Positions 16,687 to 34,690 of a stretch of DNA of 64,000 nt are shown one piece after another. The stretch's first letter is position 1. The number at the start of each line of letters is the position of its first letter. The stretch lies in the sequence record MH383160.1. One strand, given 5' to 3'. The translations under genes were made by a program, and so were the position numbers. The notes below the pieces were generated by a model. The model was not told the origin of the DNA. It saw nothing but the letters and a program-made list of their open reading frames with translations, and ran no database searches.

Positions 16687-19080
16687 TTAACCTCCTATGT
16701 TATTGTTTTGCAATGTAATCAAAAATGTATCTGAAACATAATTCACTGATTCATGCGAAAAGTATCCGAATTCAACCGATGTGATTTCGAACTCTACACC
16801 TACCATTGTACCATGTTCATTGTTCTGAAGTAAAGTGTTGAAAAATGCTTCACCTTTGCCTGGTTGACAATATGCAACTGGAATGATAGGCATGAATTTT
16901 TTCTGTATACCATCTTCAATGTATGGGTGATTCATAAATCTTGGGACCGTATCAAGCATTTCATCACTGATACTTGGTATCGCATCAACGTATAGACCAC
17001 GATTTTGTAAATCGGTTGGGTCTTTTACTAAGTTGGTTGTGTCTTCACCAATAGCCTGAAAAATATTTTGTCGTAAACCAAATAATTCACCAAGCTGACC
17101 GTTGTCGATTTGAGTATATTGACGTGGATTTTTGGATACAGATACTAAAGAACCTTCAGGTAAAACCTCTCTATATAATAGATCATATTGTAAGTTACCT
17201 TGATTGTCAAGTGCTGATATTATTTTATAATTACCCATTACCATTTTAAATTTTCCATTTGGAATAGTAGTTCCATTTGGGTTAATTATACTATTTCTCA
17301 ATACTTTCTTGATATCAGAAAGGTTAGTATATGGATACGTTTGACTTAGGAAGTTTTCTTTTAATAACATCTTCGGTATTTTCTGAAGACCATATCTATT
17401 GTCAGATTGTCGGAAAAATAGTTGATTAGTGAATGATGAAGTACTTATACATTTAAACCATTCTCTCTCAAATGCAACCGAAGGTAATACATGTGCACTC
17501 AAATAATTCTGTCCGAATCCTCTTACAATCTTAAGGTTAAATATTTTTCTTGCTTCACCACCTTCAGTACTAAATGCTTTAACATAAAACGATAATTTAA
17601 TATCATCATTTTCACTAAAATCAATACTTTTGGCATATGCAGTTCCTACAAGATATCCATCTGGTGTCAAATCTATCCCATACTTTCTAATGTCATCACC
17701 ACCATCTAAAACATACGAAACTTGATTAGAGCTATCAGTTTCAATTTTAGGATATATACTGTCTCCAAAATATTCACCAACATGTATGGTTCCTAAATCA
17801 CTATCAGTAATAAAGTTTATATTATTACCTTCTTCTGCGTTTATCAAAACCCTGAACATTTTTTGCATACCAATGATATTATCACCAAGAGTAGAGTCAT
17901 AATATCCTAAATCAATCCAATCACTACTATCATAAACGGGCTTAATTGTTCCATTATCGTATTCACCACTAATTACGTATGGATACACAACATTATCTTT
18001 TAATTGATATAAATGATTGGGTAGTGGTTTTTCTGAAATAGAATATATAGTATCTATGTCTTCAGGACAAACCCACATTTGATATGCTTTATATCGTTGA
18101 TTGATAGCAAACCTTTCACTTTCTTCGGTGTATGTACTTAATATATCAACAATCTCAACTTTAAAATATGCATCACAAGCATCTGAGTCATATAAAAATG
18201 TTTGCAATAATTGCCCATTTGGGTTGAACACCATTCCAGTGTCAATTAAATTACCATTTCTATTTTGAATATTAACTTTTACTTCTTTGTTTATACCAGA
18301 AATAGGCCATGTTGATTGTGCTGGCTTGAATACTGCGAAATCATTCGTAATATGTTTATCTGGAACTTCAGAAATATCCATGTCAATCAAACGATATGCT
18401 GGAAAAAAGACACGAGGTGTAATATCAGTAGTCATGTCAGTACCCAAAATGAAAGGTCGTCTTCTTCCAAATCCTTGAACGAACAATGTACTGTTGGAGC
18501 CATACTCAACATCACCAATACAATAAAGCTTTTTGTCATCACCAATCTCAACGCCAGGTGTAACCCAAACTTCTTGACTATCATATGTTATTGATGTATC
18601 AGTTAATCCTAGAACACCACTTGGTGAAATATTTCCAAAATACATAACATTTACTGCTTGTAAATAAAAATTTATAATTTCTGTATTATTATAGGTTCCA
18701 TCATTTTTACAATGAATTTTTATAAAATAAACATCTTCACTATTAGTACTTGCAGATAAGTTAAATTCATTTTTGCTGATTTTACACTTATGCTTACCAT
18801 TTACTAATTTATTACCAGTTGTACCATCTGAAATAGGAACAAAAGTATTTTCGTCATTACCAACATAAAAAGTATAATGTGGTTCTGGATCAAATACAGC
18901 ACCTGAACTATCCAAGCATTGTATGTTAAGAATCATTTCTAAGTATTCATCTTCATTTAATACATAGCTATCATCCGTTGTGCTTTCTTTATTGATACTC
19001 AAACGCACAAGAATGTCTTGTCCTTCTTGTATATATCGAGCATCGGCTTTTATATCCCATCGTGGGGTAAAAGTTGTCAT
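16687..19080 (-). CDS. large virion structural protein (baseplate-like)
   Basis: about 800 aa beta-rich; TATAAATA late promoter at 19119-19126; GGAG RBS supports start 19080. Confidence 0.6.
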   Translation of the reverse strand: MTTFTPRWDIKADARYIQEGQDILVRLSINKESTTDDSYVLNEDEYLEMILNIQCLDSSGAVFDPEPHYTFYVGNDENTFVPISDGTTGNKLVNGKHKCKISKNEFNLSASTNSEDVYFIKIHCKNDGTYNNTEIINFYLQAVNVMYFGNISPSGVLGLTDTSITYDSQEVWVTPGVEIGDDKKLYCIGDVEYGSNSTLFVQGFGRRRPFILGTDMTTDITPRVFFPAYRLIDMDISEVPDKHITNDFAVFKPAQSTWPISGINKEVKVNIQNRNGNLIDTGMVFNPNGQLLQTFLYDSDACDAYFKVEIVDILSTYTEESERFAINQRYKAYQMWVCPEDIDTIYSISEKPLPNHLYQLKDNVVYPYVISGEYDNGTIKPVYDSSDWIDLGYYDSTLGDNIIGMQKMFRVLINAEEGNNINFITDSDLGTIHVGEYFGDSIYPKIETDSSNQVSYVLDGGDDIRKYGIDLTPDGYLVGTAYAKSIDFSENDDIKLSFYVKAFSTEGGEARKIFNLKIVRGFGQNYLSAHVLPSVAFEREWFKCISTSSFTNQLFFRQSDNRYGLQKIPKMLLKENFLSQTYPYTNLSDIKKVLRNSIINPNGTTIPNGKFKMVMGNYKIISALDNQGNLQYDLLYREVLPEGSLVSVSKNPRQYTQIDNGQLGELFGLRQNIFQAIGEDTTNLVKDPTDLQNRGLYVDAIPSISDEMLDTVPRFMNHPYIEDGIQKKFMPIIPVAYCQPGKGEAFFNTLLQNNEHGTMVGVEFEITSVEFGYFSHESVNYVSDTFLITLQNNNIGG

Positions 19081-19118
19081 TATAATTCTCCATAGCCAAG
19101 CTGCCATTATCTATAGAT

Positions 19119-19126
19119 TATTTATA
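19119..19126 (-). promoter_or_regulatory. T4-type late promoter TATAAATA
   Basis: exact T4 late consensus between a terminator and a structural gene. Confidence 0.75.
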
Positions 19127-19167
19127 TAAAGGACAAGGAAGACCCATAAGGTCTTCCATTAAATATA

Positions 19168-20580
19168 TCAATTGTCTGATTTAGGAGTAAAGTCAATCTT
19201 TCTTAGTTCTTTTAGTTCAGATTTATAAATGTCCCAAATTAAGTCATGATTAGATAACAGTTCGTTGTACTTATCCATCAAATCAAGATTATCTTGAATA
19301 TCTTGTAGTACTGATTGATAATTATCTTGCGTCCAGCGATATGAAGGGAAGTTTACAATGCTTTGAATATTCTCTTCCGTTGCTTCAATTTCGGTATTTA
19401 ACGATTTAACGAATTCAACCATTTCAGCACGGTTTGCAAATCCTTTTACCTTAGCAATCATATCATTATCGAAACATTCTTTAATTAGAATTTTATAACG
19501 AACTTCAGCAGCACAATCATCAAGTTTCTTTTCATAACGCTTGATGTAATATTTGAAACGGAAATCAACGAAGTCTTTAATCAAATCCATCGTAGTATCG
19601 TAAACTTTCACTTTGCCATTTTCACCTAGAACAGTTAAATGTTGAGTCATTTTTTTGTTAATGCCAAAATACTCAATAACATCCATCTCTGTCCATTTAG
19701 CTGACGTTCCACGTGGAAGTTTAATGGTAATATCAATTACATCAGTACTATCATTGTCATAATCACGAATCTCACCATCATCACTCATTTTGATTAGTTT
19801 TTCAATGAATTTCTCAATACTGTAATTGGGTGGTAAGCCTGTTACTTTAACAGTACTTGCATCAATAACCTCAGCTTTACCATAGAATTCATACTTATTT
19901 TCATCAAGCTTAGTCACAACATCACTTGCACCACATGAAACATAATATGGGGTCATTTCTTTTAGTGGTTTTTTATCAATAGCACGAATGCAATTATCAA
20001 TAATATCTTCAATTTTATGCGGTAGAATTGTACTCTTATAACCAACTGACATACTATCATTACCAAACAATGATAATGGAATAATAGGCAAGAAATGAAC
20101 AGGTTCATATGTTGTACCGTCATAGTTCTCTTTCATTGGTATAATATCAGCATCACGCAAAACAAGCATCTCAGTACTTTTATTCTTTTTAACATAGGTA
20201 TAACGAGCAGATGCCGGAGTACTGTTTACTTGTGTACCAAAACCACCACGCTTACCAATAAGAGGGTAGTTGTTAGCTACTGGCGATGCTAAGTTTTGAA
20301 GTGTTCCTGATGCAGAAGTGTCACCATGTAGATAGATACCATCACTAATCATTTTACCAGCACATGATACTGTTTTGATTTCACCACTAACTTTAGATAG
20401 CGTGAAGATTGCTTTACGTTGCGAACTCTTAAGACCATCAATTCCTGGGATTGCACGATCCAGTGTGTACATTGAATATTCTAGTGATGTGGTATTCACA
20501 TAATCAGAACTGTTATAGTCTAGTAGAGTTAGTGTTTGGTTATCGATATTTTGATTTTCAGTTTTTTTACTTTTAGCCAT
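19168..20580 (-). CDS. 52: DNA topoisomerase II, GyrA/gp52-like subunit
   Basis: RAIPGIDGLKSSQRK, YLHGDTS, PASARYT (catalytic Tyr). Confidence 0.95.
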   Translation of the reverse strand: MAKSKKTENQNIDNQTLTLLDYNSSDYVNTTSLEYSMYTLDRAIPGIDGLKSSQRKAIFTLSKVSGEIKTVSCAGKMISDGIYLHGDTSASGTLQNLASPVANNYPLIGKRGGFGTQVNSTPASARYTYVKKNKSTEMLVLRDADIIPMKENYDGTTYEPVHFLPIIPLSLFGNDSMSVGYKSTILPHKIEDIIDNCIRAIDKKPLKEMTPYYVSCGASDVVTKLDENKYEFYGKAEVIDASTVKVTGLPPNYSIEKFIEKLIKMSDDGEIRDYDNDSTDVIDITIKLPRGTSAKWTEMDVIEYFGINKKMTQHLTVLGENGKVKVYDTTMDLIKDFVDFRFKYYIKRYEKKLDDCAAEVRYKILIKECFDNDMIAKVKGFANRAEMVEFVKSLNTEIEATEENIQSIVNFPSYRWTQDNYQSVLQDIQDNLDLMDKYNELLSNHDLIWDIYKSELKELRKIDFTPKSDN

Positions 20581-20630
20581 TCCATTGTCTCTTTATAAAA
20601 GGGGAACACCATGTCCCCCATTAGTCTATA

Positions 20631-22595
20631 TTATTCCATCCAGTTCTTACGATCATCTGCACGCTTCTTGTTGAAAATCAAATCAAGAGTTTCTCCAAGA
20701 CGTCCATCATCGGTAATCGCTACTGCAACACTATTAGTGAATGCATCACGGAAGTTTGCTTTTTCTAAAGTACCCAAACCTTTTGCACGCGTTGCTTTCC
20801 AACCTTTCCAATCATCTGGATTATATTCATGTACGTTATGACCATAGAAGTATTTTGTTTCTTTACCTTTCTCAAGAATGATGAATGGTGTTTTGAATAC
20901 ATATACAAATGGATTTTCAGGGTCTTGAAATAATTCAGGCCAAAATTTAAATAGGAAGTTGCATACTAAAGCACCAATGTTCTTCCCATCCTCATCTTCA
21001 TCAGCACAGATATAAAGCTTGCCATAATTTAAGTCGGCACGTTCTGCTTTAACACCTGGAACTAAGTTGATACTAGCCATTATATCATGTAGTGCCATTG
21101 AATCCATTAGTTCTTTGGTCTTTTCAGTACCACTGACGTTCATAATCTTACCACGTAATGGTAGAATACCATGAATACTAGGTATACGAGCACTAGCCAT
21201 GTTGGAAATTGCAGAGTCACCTTCTGCTATCAAAAGAATACATTGTGAGCGGTCAGTACCAGTACTATCAAGTAGCTTTGCAACTTTACCTTTCAGTAGT
21301 TTCTTAGCGAGGCGACGGTCTTCTTCTGCATCTTTCTTATTGGTACGTGCAGCACAACGTTCAAATATTTCATCAACCCATTCTTTGTTTTTCTTAACTA
21401 ATTCATCAAACCATTCTGTATTCATTGCTTGTTGAATTGGTCGAATTACGTTTTCATTAGTTAGTTTAGATTTAATCTGTGAGTTGAATGAAGGTGCTTT
21501 CATAGTTGTGACATTGTAAATCAACAAACCTTCTTCAATATCAGAACGATTAGGTTTCATCCTACGTTTCTTCGATTCTTTCTCCAATGCAGTTCCTACA
21601 CCCAATGAAAAGAATTTCTTGAAGGTGTCAAGATGTGTACCACCATCAAATGCAGGAGCATTATTAACCAATCCATGCATATGGAAGTTTGTATTCATTC
21701 CAGATACTGCATTTGGAACAATATAAAAAGTACTGTTAAAATTGAAAGAATCATCTTTAACATTCAACTGCATCAATTTAGATGCATTGAACAATGCTTT
21801 CTCGGTGTTACCTTTAATAACAATACGTTTACCATTCAAAAATATTTTATAAGTTGGGTTGGCGGCTGCCATTTCTTTAAGAATACTGTAAAGTAATTCA
21901 GTAGGTAATTTTCTATTTGGAAAAACTTCTTTACTCAATGTAAAACGAATTGTTGTTCCAGTCTTATCTGTTTGTACCTTTCGAATGGTAGGCTCATGTA
22001 CATGAAGTTCAGGGAACATAATAGTTCCTTCCTCAAACTTCTGATTGAACTTATAAAACCCATCATAACCATCATTACTGCTTTGTGTTTTATATGGACG
22101 ACCTTGGCGATGAATTTCCAATTCTGCCTTAGAACTAACAATCATCGCAACTGAACCACCCAATCCATTCTGACCAATAGTTTCATCACGTTTTGAATCA
22201 TCAAAGTTTCGACCAGTTTTTGTTTCGGTCATTACCATAGTACATAGGTTTTTTTGATACTCTGGTACATAATCAATTGGAATACCACGACCATTATCAC
22301 TAATCTCAAATGATAGTTCTTCTTCATTGAAATCAACTTTCAATACAGGTTCTTTAGTTCCAGCTTTTTTAAATTCATCTAAGCTGTTATCAATAATTTC
22401 ACGTGTAGCAGTAAGAATTGCAGGAACCCATTCTACGTTCTTAACCTCATATCCTGATTCGCCAAAAATCAGTACTTGACTTTCATGTACTGAACGAGAA
22501 CCAAGGTACATCTCTGTACGCAAACGAGCATGTTGATAATCATTAAGTCGTTGAACATCATGTTCCTGTAGAACAGCACTTTCTTTCTTAGCCAT
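20631..22595 (-). CDS. 39: DNA topoisomerase II, GyrB-like subunit (gp39+gp60 fused)
   Basis: EIIDNSLDE, DNGRGIP, GQNGLGG, EGDSA, PLRGKIMN, DEDEDG, KGLG. Confidence 0.95.
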   Translation of the reverse strand: MAKKESAVLQEHDVQRLNDYQHARLRTEMYLGSRSVHESQVLIFGESGYEVKNVEWVPAILTATREIIDNSLDEFKKAGTKEPVLKVDFNEEELSFEISDNGRGIPIDYVPEYQKNLCTMVMTETKTGRNFDDSKRDETIGQNGLGGSVAMIVSSKAELEIHRQGRPYKTQSSNDGYDGFYKFNQKFEEGTIMFPELHVHEPTIRKVQTDKTGTTIRFTLSKEVFPNRKLPTELLYSILKEMAAANPTYKIFLNGKRIVIKGNTEKALFNASKLMQLNVKDDSFNFNSTFYIVPNAVSGMNTNFHMHGLVNNAPAFDGGTHLDTFKKFFSLGVGTALEKESKKRRMKPNRSDIEEGLLIYNVTTMKAPSFNSQIKSKLTNENVIRPIQQAMNTEWFDELVKKNKEWVDEIFERCAARTNKKDAEEDRRLAKKLLKGKVAKLLDSTGTDRSQCILLIAEGDSAISNMASARIPSIHGILPLRGKIMNVSGTEKTKELMDSMALHDIMASINLVPGVKAERADLNYGKLYICADEDEDGKNIGALVCNFLFKFWPELFQDPENPFVYVFKTPFIILEKGKETKYFYGHNVHEYNPDDWKGWKATRAKGLGTLEKANFRDAFTNSVAVAITDDGRLGETLDLIFNKKRADDRKNWME

Positions 22596-22629
22596 TTGAA
22601 TTCCTTATCATGTCTCTTTGTCATAAAAC

Positions 22630-22658
22630 ATTGTATCACCAATGTTGTTTCTGTCTCA
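22630..22658 (-). promoter_or_regulatory. putative middle promoter TGAGAC-N17-TACAAT with extended -10 TG
   Basis: motif recurs upstream of several replication operons. Confidence 0.65.
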
Positions 22659-22693
22659 AAAAAAATATCGGGACAATATGCCCCGATATATTT

Positions 22694-23484
22694 TTATTTT
22701 ACTAACATAAGTTGTAGTTCAGCACTTGGACTTGATTCATCATCACTCCAGTACTTATGAACCTTATCTGGACTCGCCTTTGCAAGTACTTCACCACCAC
22801 CAACAATATAAACTTGATGGGAACCAATTAAACGGGTCCAGAATTTAATTGCATCATCAGTATGCAGACTATCACTCAGAACTTTAATACCATGTGATAC
22901 CATATCCATAAAGATATTATAAATTATACCTTTAGTTCCAGTTTTAGAAGCAGTTGCGGCAATTTCAAAAACGTTTTGAACACCAAGTACTGCATCATTG
23001 GATAAATGCCCACTAACTATAGCAAGCTGTTTACCAGACTTATCGTAAGCGATAAATCCAGTACCGTTTTTGTTCATATATACATCATAGTCTTTATGTT
23101 CTGCGAACTTAACCATGTTGTGCTTACCTGTCATTTCGGCAGTTTTATCGACAAACTCGTCTCGGTCTTGACCTTGAAAACTATCGAAACGTTGTGGCAT
23201 TTCATCCAACTTATCTTTGTCGTCTTCACATGAATCCATTATATCACAAGTTCTGTCGTCTGTATCAGCTAATTCTGCATCTTGTACAATATCGACTAAA
23301 CTACGCATACTTGCTTCTTTTACTTTATTAGGAAGTTTAGAACTTTTTTTAAGATTTCCTTCCTTTTCATCAGCGGCATTCCATTCTTTAGCAGCACTTT
23401 GCGAAATTCCAGCTTTCTTTGCAAATTCTGGATTGTGTGCGGCGGCTGCGAAGAATTTAGCCTGACTTTTACTCTTACTTGGCA

Positions 23485-23485
<1 letters not shown>
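22694..23485 (-). CDS. virion-associated protein with GNAT-like C-terminal domain
   Basis: MPSKSKSQAKFFAAAAHNPEF leader; VLSDSLHTDDAIKFWTRL resembles phage GNAT-like domains. Confidence 0.5.
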
Positions 23486-25651
<2,166 letters not shown>

Positions 25652-25662
25652 AAGTCTATATT

Positions 25663-26725
<1,063 letters not shown>

Positions 26726-26769
26726 GTAATAAAAGCTCCAATATGATTTTAATGTTTTGTTCGATAGTA

Positions 26770-26798
26770 ATTATAGGATAGAACATTAGTTCTGTCAA
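26770..26798 (-). promoter_or_regulatory. sigma70-type early promoter TTGACA-N17-TATAAT
   Basis: perfect consensus upstream of infC. Confidence 0.85.
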
Positions 26799-26989
26799 GC
26801 ACTATCATTGTGTTTTTTAATTGCTTCACAGATTGCTTGAACTTGAACAAGATAAGTTTTTGCAAATTCTGCTTGGGTTCGCACACGGGGGTTCGGTGCG
26901 TCTTTGATCATAAGTTCTAGGTCATAAACTACCTTATCAAAAACTCCCTTGTCTTCAATAATACGATCATAAAATGTTTTGTCAGTCAT
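26795..26989 (-). CDS. hypothetical protein
   Basis: 64 aa, GGAG RBS. Confidence 0.55.
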   Translation of the reverse strand: MTDKTFYDRIIEDKGVFDKVVYDLELMIKDAPNPRVRTQAEFAKTYLVQVQAICEAIKKHNDSA

Positions 26990-27012
26990 GTCAAGAACTC
27001 CATGTTATAAAA

Positions 27013-27579
27013 TTATAATTTAACGTAAGATACTACAGATGCATCAGAAACAGAAGGAACATTAAGATACACGTTCTCATACTCAATAAAATCAACAGTA
27101 CTCGTAGTAAGAGCATTCTTGATACGTTGTATGGTTTTTTGTACAGTAATTTCTTCATTTTCTAGTGCATTAGTGCCATTACCTTTCAATGAATCATTGA
27201 TTAGTGTTTGGATAATCTCAGCAGCTTTTGCTGTTTTCATATCTTCAGTAGTTAGTGCTGCTTGTTCTGCAACACTCAAAGTACTAAGAAAAGGTTGATA
27301 ACTAATATATCCAACGGTGATTGTTGCACCAGTGGGAATCGTTTTTGCAGTTCCTGGTGTAGCAAATTCAACATTGCTATAAACTGGTACTGAATAAGTT
27401 GAAAGCAAACGAGAAAGTTGTAGGTAACGCAAAAGTGCAATTGACTTATCAATAGTTTGCTGGTCAGTCGGTGCGGTTGTTGGGGAAGATGAATCATAAT
27501 CACCATACATATAATATGGGATATTATCTAGGTTCGTCCCTGCAACTTCAATTTTAAATACTTGTAGTAAATTGTTCAT
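27013..27579 (-). CDS. probable virion structural protein
   Basis: TAAATA at 27616-27621, GGAG RBS; Thr/Ala-rich. Confidence 0.6.
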   Translation of the reverse strand: MNNLLQVFKIEVAGTNLDNIPYYMYGDYDSSSPTTAPTDQQTIDKSIALLRYLQLSRLLSTYSVPVYSNVEFATPGTAKTIPTGATITVGYISYQPFLSTLSVAEQAALTTEDMKTAKAAEIIQTLINDSLKGNGTNALENEEITVQKTIQRIKNALTTSTVDFIEYENVYLNVPSVSDASVVSYVKL

Positions 27580-27662
27580 TGTATATTCTTCTCCATAATA
27601 CAAAACACTTTTGATTATTTATTATTAAAAATCAAAAATATTTACGTATAACATTTAGTCTT

Positions 27663-29006
27663 TTAGAATCGTGCATTTTGTCTCAACATAACACTATAAC
27701 GTGGACGTGTCATGGCAGTGTATAAAATTCTACACTTAGTATCATTTGTACCAATACGTTCAATAAAATCAGTATCAAACCAAATGTTATCAAAAGTACT
27801 TCCTTGCGATTTATGAACAGTTGTTGCGTAAGGATAATTGATAATATGCAATTTATTCTTTATTACATAGTAATCCTGCCACATATATGGTTTCTTTGTC
27901 AATGGATTTATTTCTTTTTTCTCAATATCCTTAACAAGTTTATCTAGTTTTTCGTCCATTGCAATTCTTGTTTCTGGTCCTACGCCTAAAATATAACTAC
28001 CATTAGGTAAACGGAATTGCCAACAATCAATCCCCATAAAACTTTCACGTTTCACTTCAGGACATTGTATAATTTGTTGTACTACATATGGACTATTCTC
28101 AGTTATGCTTTCAAAAACAATTGGTTCACCTTTAGTAAATTCATCTGGTACTTCAAATAGTTGACTTCTAATGTAAATATTAGCCAAATTAACTCTATAG
28201 TTAGTATATGCTAAGATTTTATTTTCATTTACGAAATCAAATATTTTTTTAGATGAACCCTTGTTTTCCATAATAAATTCACGATAAACATCTAAAAATA
28301 AATCTTCATCATCAATAGGTGTAATAGTGCTTAAACCATATGTCTGATGCATAATATCAAATGGATTTTTACTAGTTCCAATACACTCTCGAATAGCAGT
28401 TGCAACTGCCAAAATCGGATTATCCAATGCTTGACGTAAAACCTCAGTTAACTCATATTGAACAGGTACATCAAACGTAGGAGACAATTTAGTCTCTCCC
28501 ATTGTACCTTCGGACTCAACTGGGGGCAATTGACAACGATCACCAATGAATAAAACTGCTCGACGGACACGCCACAATTGATCCTGAATATGTTGGAATA
28601 ATTCTTCTGAAATCATACTACACTCATCAACAATAAGAATGTCAACGTTAGTATTACTAACTTTACTTTGGGGATCATGTTTCAGTACTTGACGATTCTT
28701 TTCATATACTAATTTTAGTCCTAAAAAAGAGTGTATTGTACTAACTTGTGCATCTTCCTTAGTAAGACCAGCATTATTGATTAGCATATTACGAATAACA
28801 GCATTGGCTTTATGTGTAGGTGAAGTTACTGCAATATTATAGTTTTTACATAGTGCTTTTACAATCTCAGCAGTAGTGAATGTTTTTCCAGTTCCTGCTG
28901 GGGCAGACAAAACCGAAATGGTCTTACCTGCATAGTTGTAAACACGATCTATAAAATCATCAAAGATTTCTTGTTGCTTATCCGTAAGCTTAATTTTACT
29001 CATCAT
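27663..29006 (-). CDS. dda: Dda/RecD-like SF1B helicase
   Basis: APAGTGKT, IVDECSM, IGDRCQLPPV, YATTVHKSQGSTF, YTAMTR. Confidence 0.92.
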   Translation of the reverse strand: MMSKIKLTDKQQEIFDDFIDRVYNYAGKTISVLSAPAGTGKTFTTAEIVKALCKNYNIAVTSPTHKANAVIRNMLINNAGLTKEDAQVSTIHSFLGLKLVYEKNRQVLKHDPQSKVSNTNVDILIVDECSMISEELFQHIQDQLWRVRRAVLFIGDRCQLPPVESEGTMGETKLSPTFDVPVQYELTEVLRQALDNPILAVATAIRECIGTSKNPFDIMHQTYGLSTITPIDDEDLFLDVYREFIMENKGSSKKIFDFVNENKILAYTNYRVNLANIYIRSQLFEVPDEFTKGEPIVFESITENSPYVVQQIIQCPEVKRESFMGIDCWQFRLPNGSYILGVGPETRIAMDEKLDKLVKDIEKKEINPLTKKPYMWQDYYVIKNKLHIINYPYATTVHKSQGSTFDNIWFDTDFIERIGTNDTKCRILYTAMTRPRYSVMLRQNARF

Positions 29007-29033
29007 TCCCTCGACTGATTTTTACATTTCAAG

Positions 29034-30336
<1,303 letters not shown>

Positions 30337-30380
30337 AATACTTCTTTCTCCATATAAACTATGTAAAACGTAAAATTGGG

Positions 30381-30386
30381 TAAATA
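30381..30386 (+). promoter_or_regulatory. late promoter TAAATA for the holin pair
   Basis: same hexamer precedes the other structural genes. Confidence 0.6.
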
Positions 30387-30421
30387 CTTTATAAAAATAA
30401 CAATAAGATTGGAGATTAACA

Positions 30422-31824
<1,403 letters not shown>

Positions 31825-31827
31825 AAT

Positions 31828-31856
31828 AAAAGGAGCAACAAAATGTTGCTCCTTTT
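31828..31856. terminator. bidirectional intrinsic terminator
   Basis: AAAAGGAGCAACA-AAA-TGTTGCTCCTTTT between convergent genes. Confidence 0.85.
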
Positions 31857-31860
31857 TTTA

Positions 31861-33461
<1,601 letters not shown>

Positions 33462-33477
33462 ATATTATACCCATAAG

Positions 33478-33499
33478 AAAAGGGATTCATAGAATCCCT
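33478..33499 (-). terminator. intrinsic terminator after nrdB
   Basis: AGGGATTC-ATA-GAATCCCT with T-run on minus strand. Confidence 0.7.
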
Positions 33500-33511
33500 G
33501 TTAGTTTGAAT

Positions 33512-34636
33512 TTATAGTTTGAATGGTGTGAATGTATCTACTTGGATATCATTCACAATACCACCAATGATATAAGAACTTATTTCAGTTTCTTGTGGTG
33601 CAACTTGTACTGAACCACCACTAACCCAATGCTCAGTCCAAGGTAGTGGGTTACTCTTAGATACGGTATATGGACATTTAATTCCTAGTGCAGTCATACG
33701 CTTAGAACCAATCCAACGAACATATTGTTTTAGGATTTCTGCATTCAGCCCAATGATTGAACCATCTTTAAAGAGGAAGTCTGCCCAAGCTTCTTCTTGA
33801 CGGATAGCAGACATAAACATTTCCAGTACTTCATCATAACACTCTTCTGCTATTTTTACCATATCTGGATCTTCTTTTTTCAGAAGACGTAGAATCATTT
33901 GGGTTGCTGCTAGGTGTAGGTTTTCATCACGACAGATTAGACGGATAATCTTAGCATTACCTTCCATTAGATTGTTTTCAGCAAACGCCCAAGAACACGC
34001 AAAGCTTGCATAAAAACGAACACCTTCAAGAATGTTAATACTATTCAGACACAACCAAAGTTTTTTCTTTAGTTCGTACAAACTAATTTCAACTGTTTCA
34101 CCATTGATTGTATGTGTCCCAACGCCCAATGCACGGTATAAAGTTCCTAATACATCAAGTTCATCGTAGTATTTGGAAACATCAGCCGCACAATCTGTGA
34201 TTTCTGGAATGTCCAACATAGTATCAAATACTTCAGATGGATTAGGATAAATGTTACGAATAATGTGAGTGTATGATTTGCTATGAATCGCACCTTCAAA
34301 GAATGCCCATGTCTCTATAAAGTTCTCTAGTTCAGGTAGAGATGCATATGGAAGTAACATTAGGTTTGGACCACGACCTTGTACGGAATCAAGAAGAATT
34401 TGACGTTTCAAGTTAGAGGTAAAAATGTGCTTCTCGGAATCATTAAGGTTGGCAAAATCAATTTTATCTTTAGATACGTCAACTTCACCAGGAGTCCAGA
34501 AGAAACTTTTCTGTTGCTCTGTTAGTTTTTCAAGTGTAGAGTATTTGTTACTTTCAAAGCGTTGGATATCAACACTTTCATCAAAAAACATATTTTTTTC
34601 TAGGTGAGACTTCTCGTTAATTTTGAAAACTGACAT
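33512..34636 (-). CDS. nrdB: ribonucleotide reductase class Ia beta subunit
   Basis: FFWTPGEVD, LDSVQGR, IHSKSYTHI, LEGVRFYASF, RDENLH, VAPQETEISSY. Confidence 0.97.
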   Translation of the reverse strand: MSVFKINEKSHLEKNMFFDESVDIQRFESNKYSTLEKLTEQQKSFFWTPGEVDVSKDKIDFANLNDSEKHIFTSNLKRQILLDSVQGRGPNLMLLPYASLPELENFIETWAFFEGAIHSKSYTHIIRNIYPNPSEVFDTMLDIPEITDCAADVSKYYDELDVLGTLYRALGVGTHTINGETVEISLYELKKKLWLCLNSINILEGVRFYASFACSWAFAENNLMEGNAKIIRLICRDENLHLAATQMILRLLKKEDPDMVKIAEECYDEVLEMFMSAIRQEEAWADFLFKDGSIIGLNAEILKQYVRWIGSKRMTALGIKCPYTVSKSNPLPWTEHWVSGGSVQVAPQETEISSYIIGGIVNDIQVDTFTPFKL

Positions 34637-34690
34637 ATATATTCCTTTATATATTTTGAAATAATAATCCCGCCGAAGCGGGATCTTAAA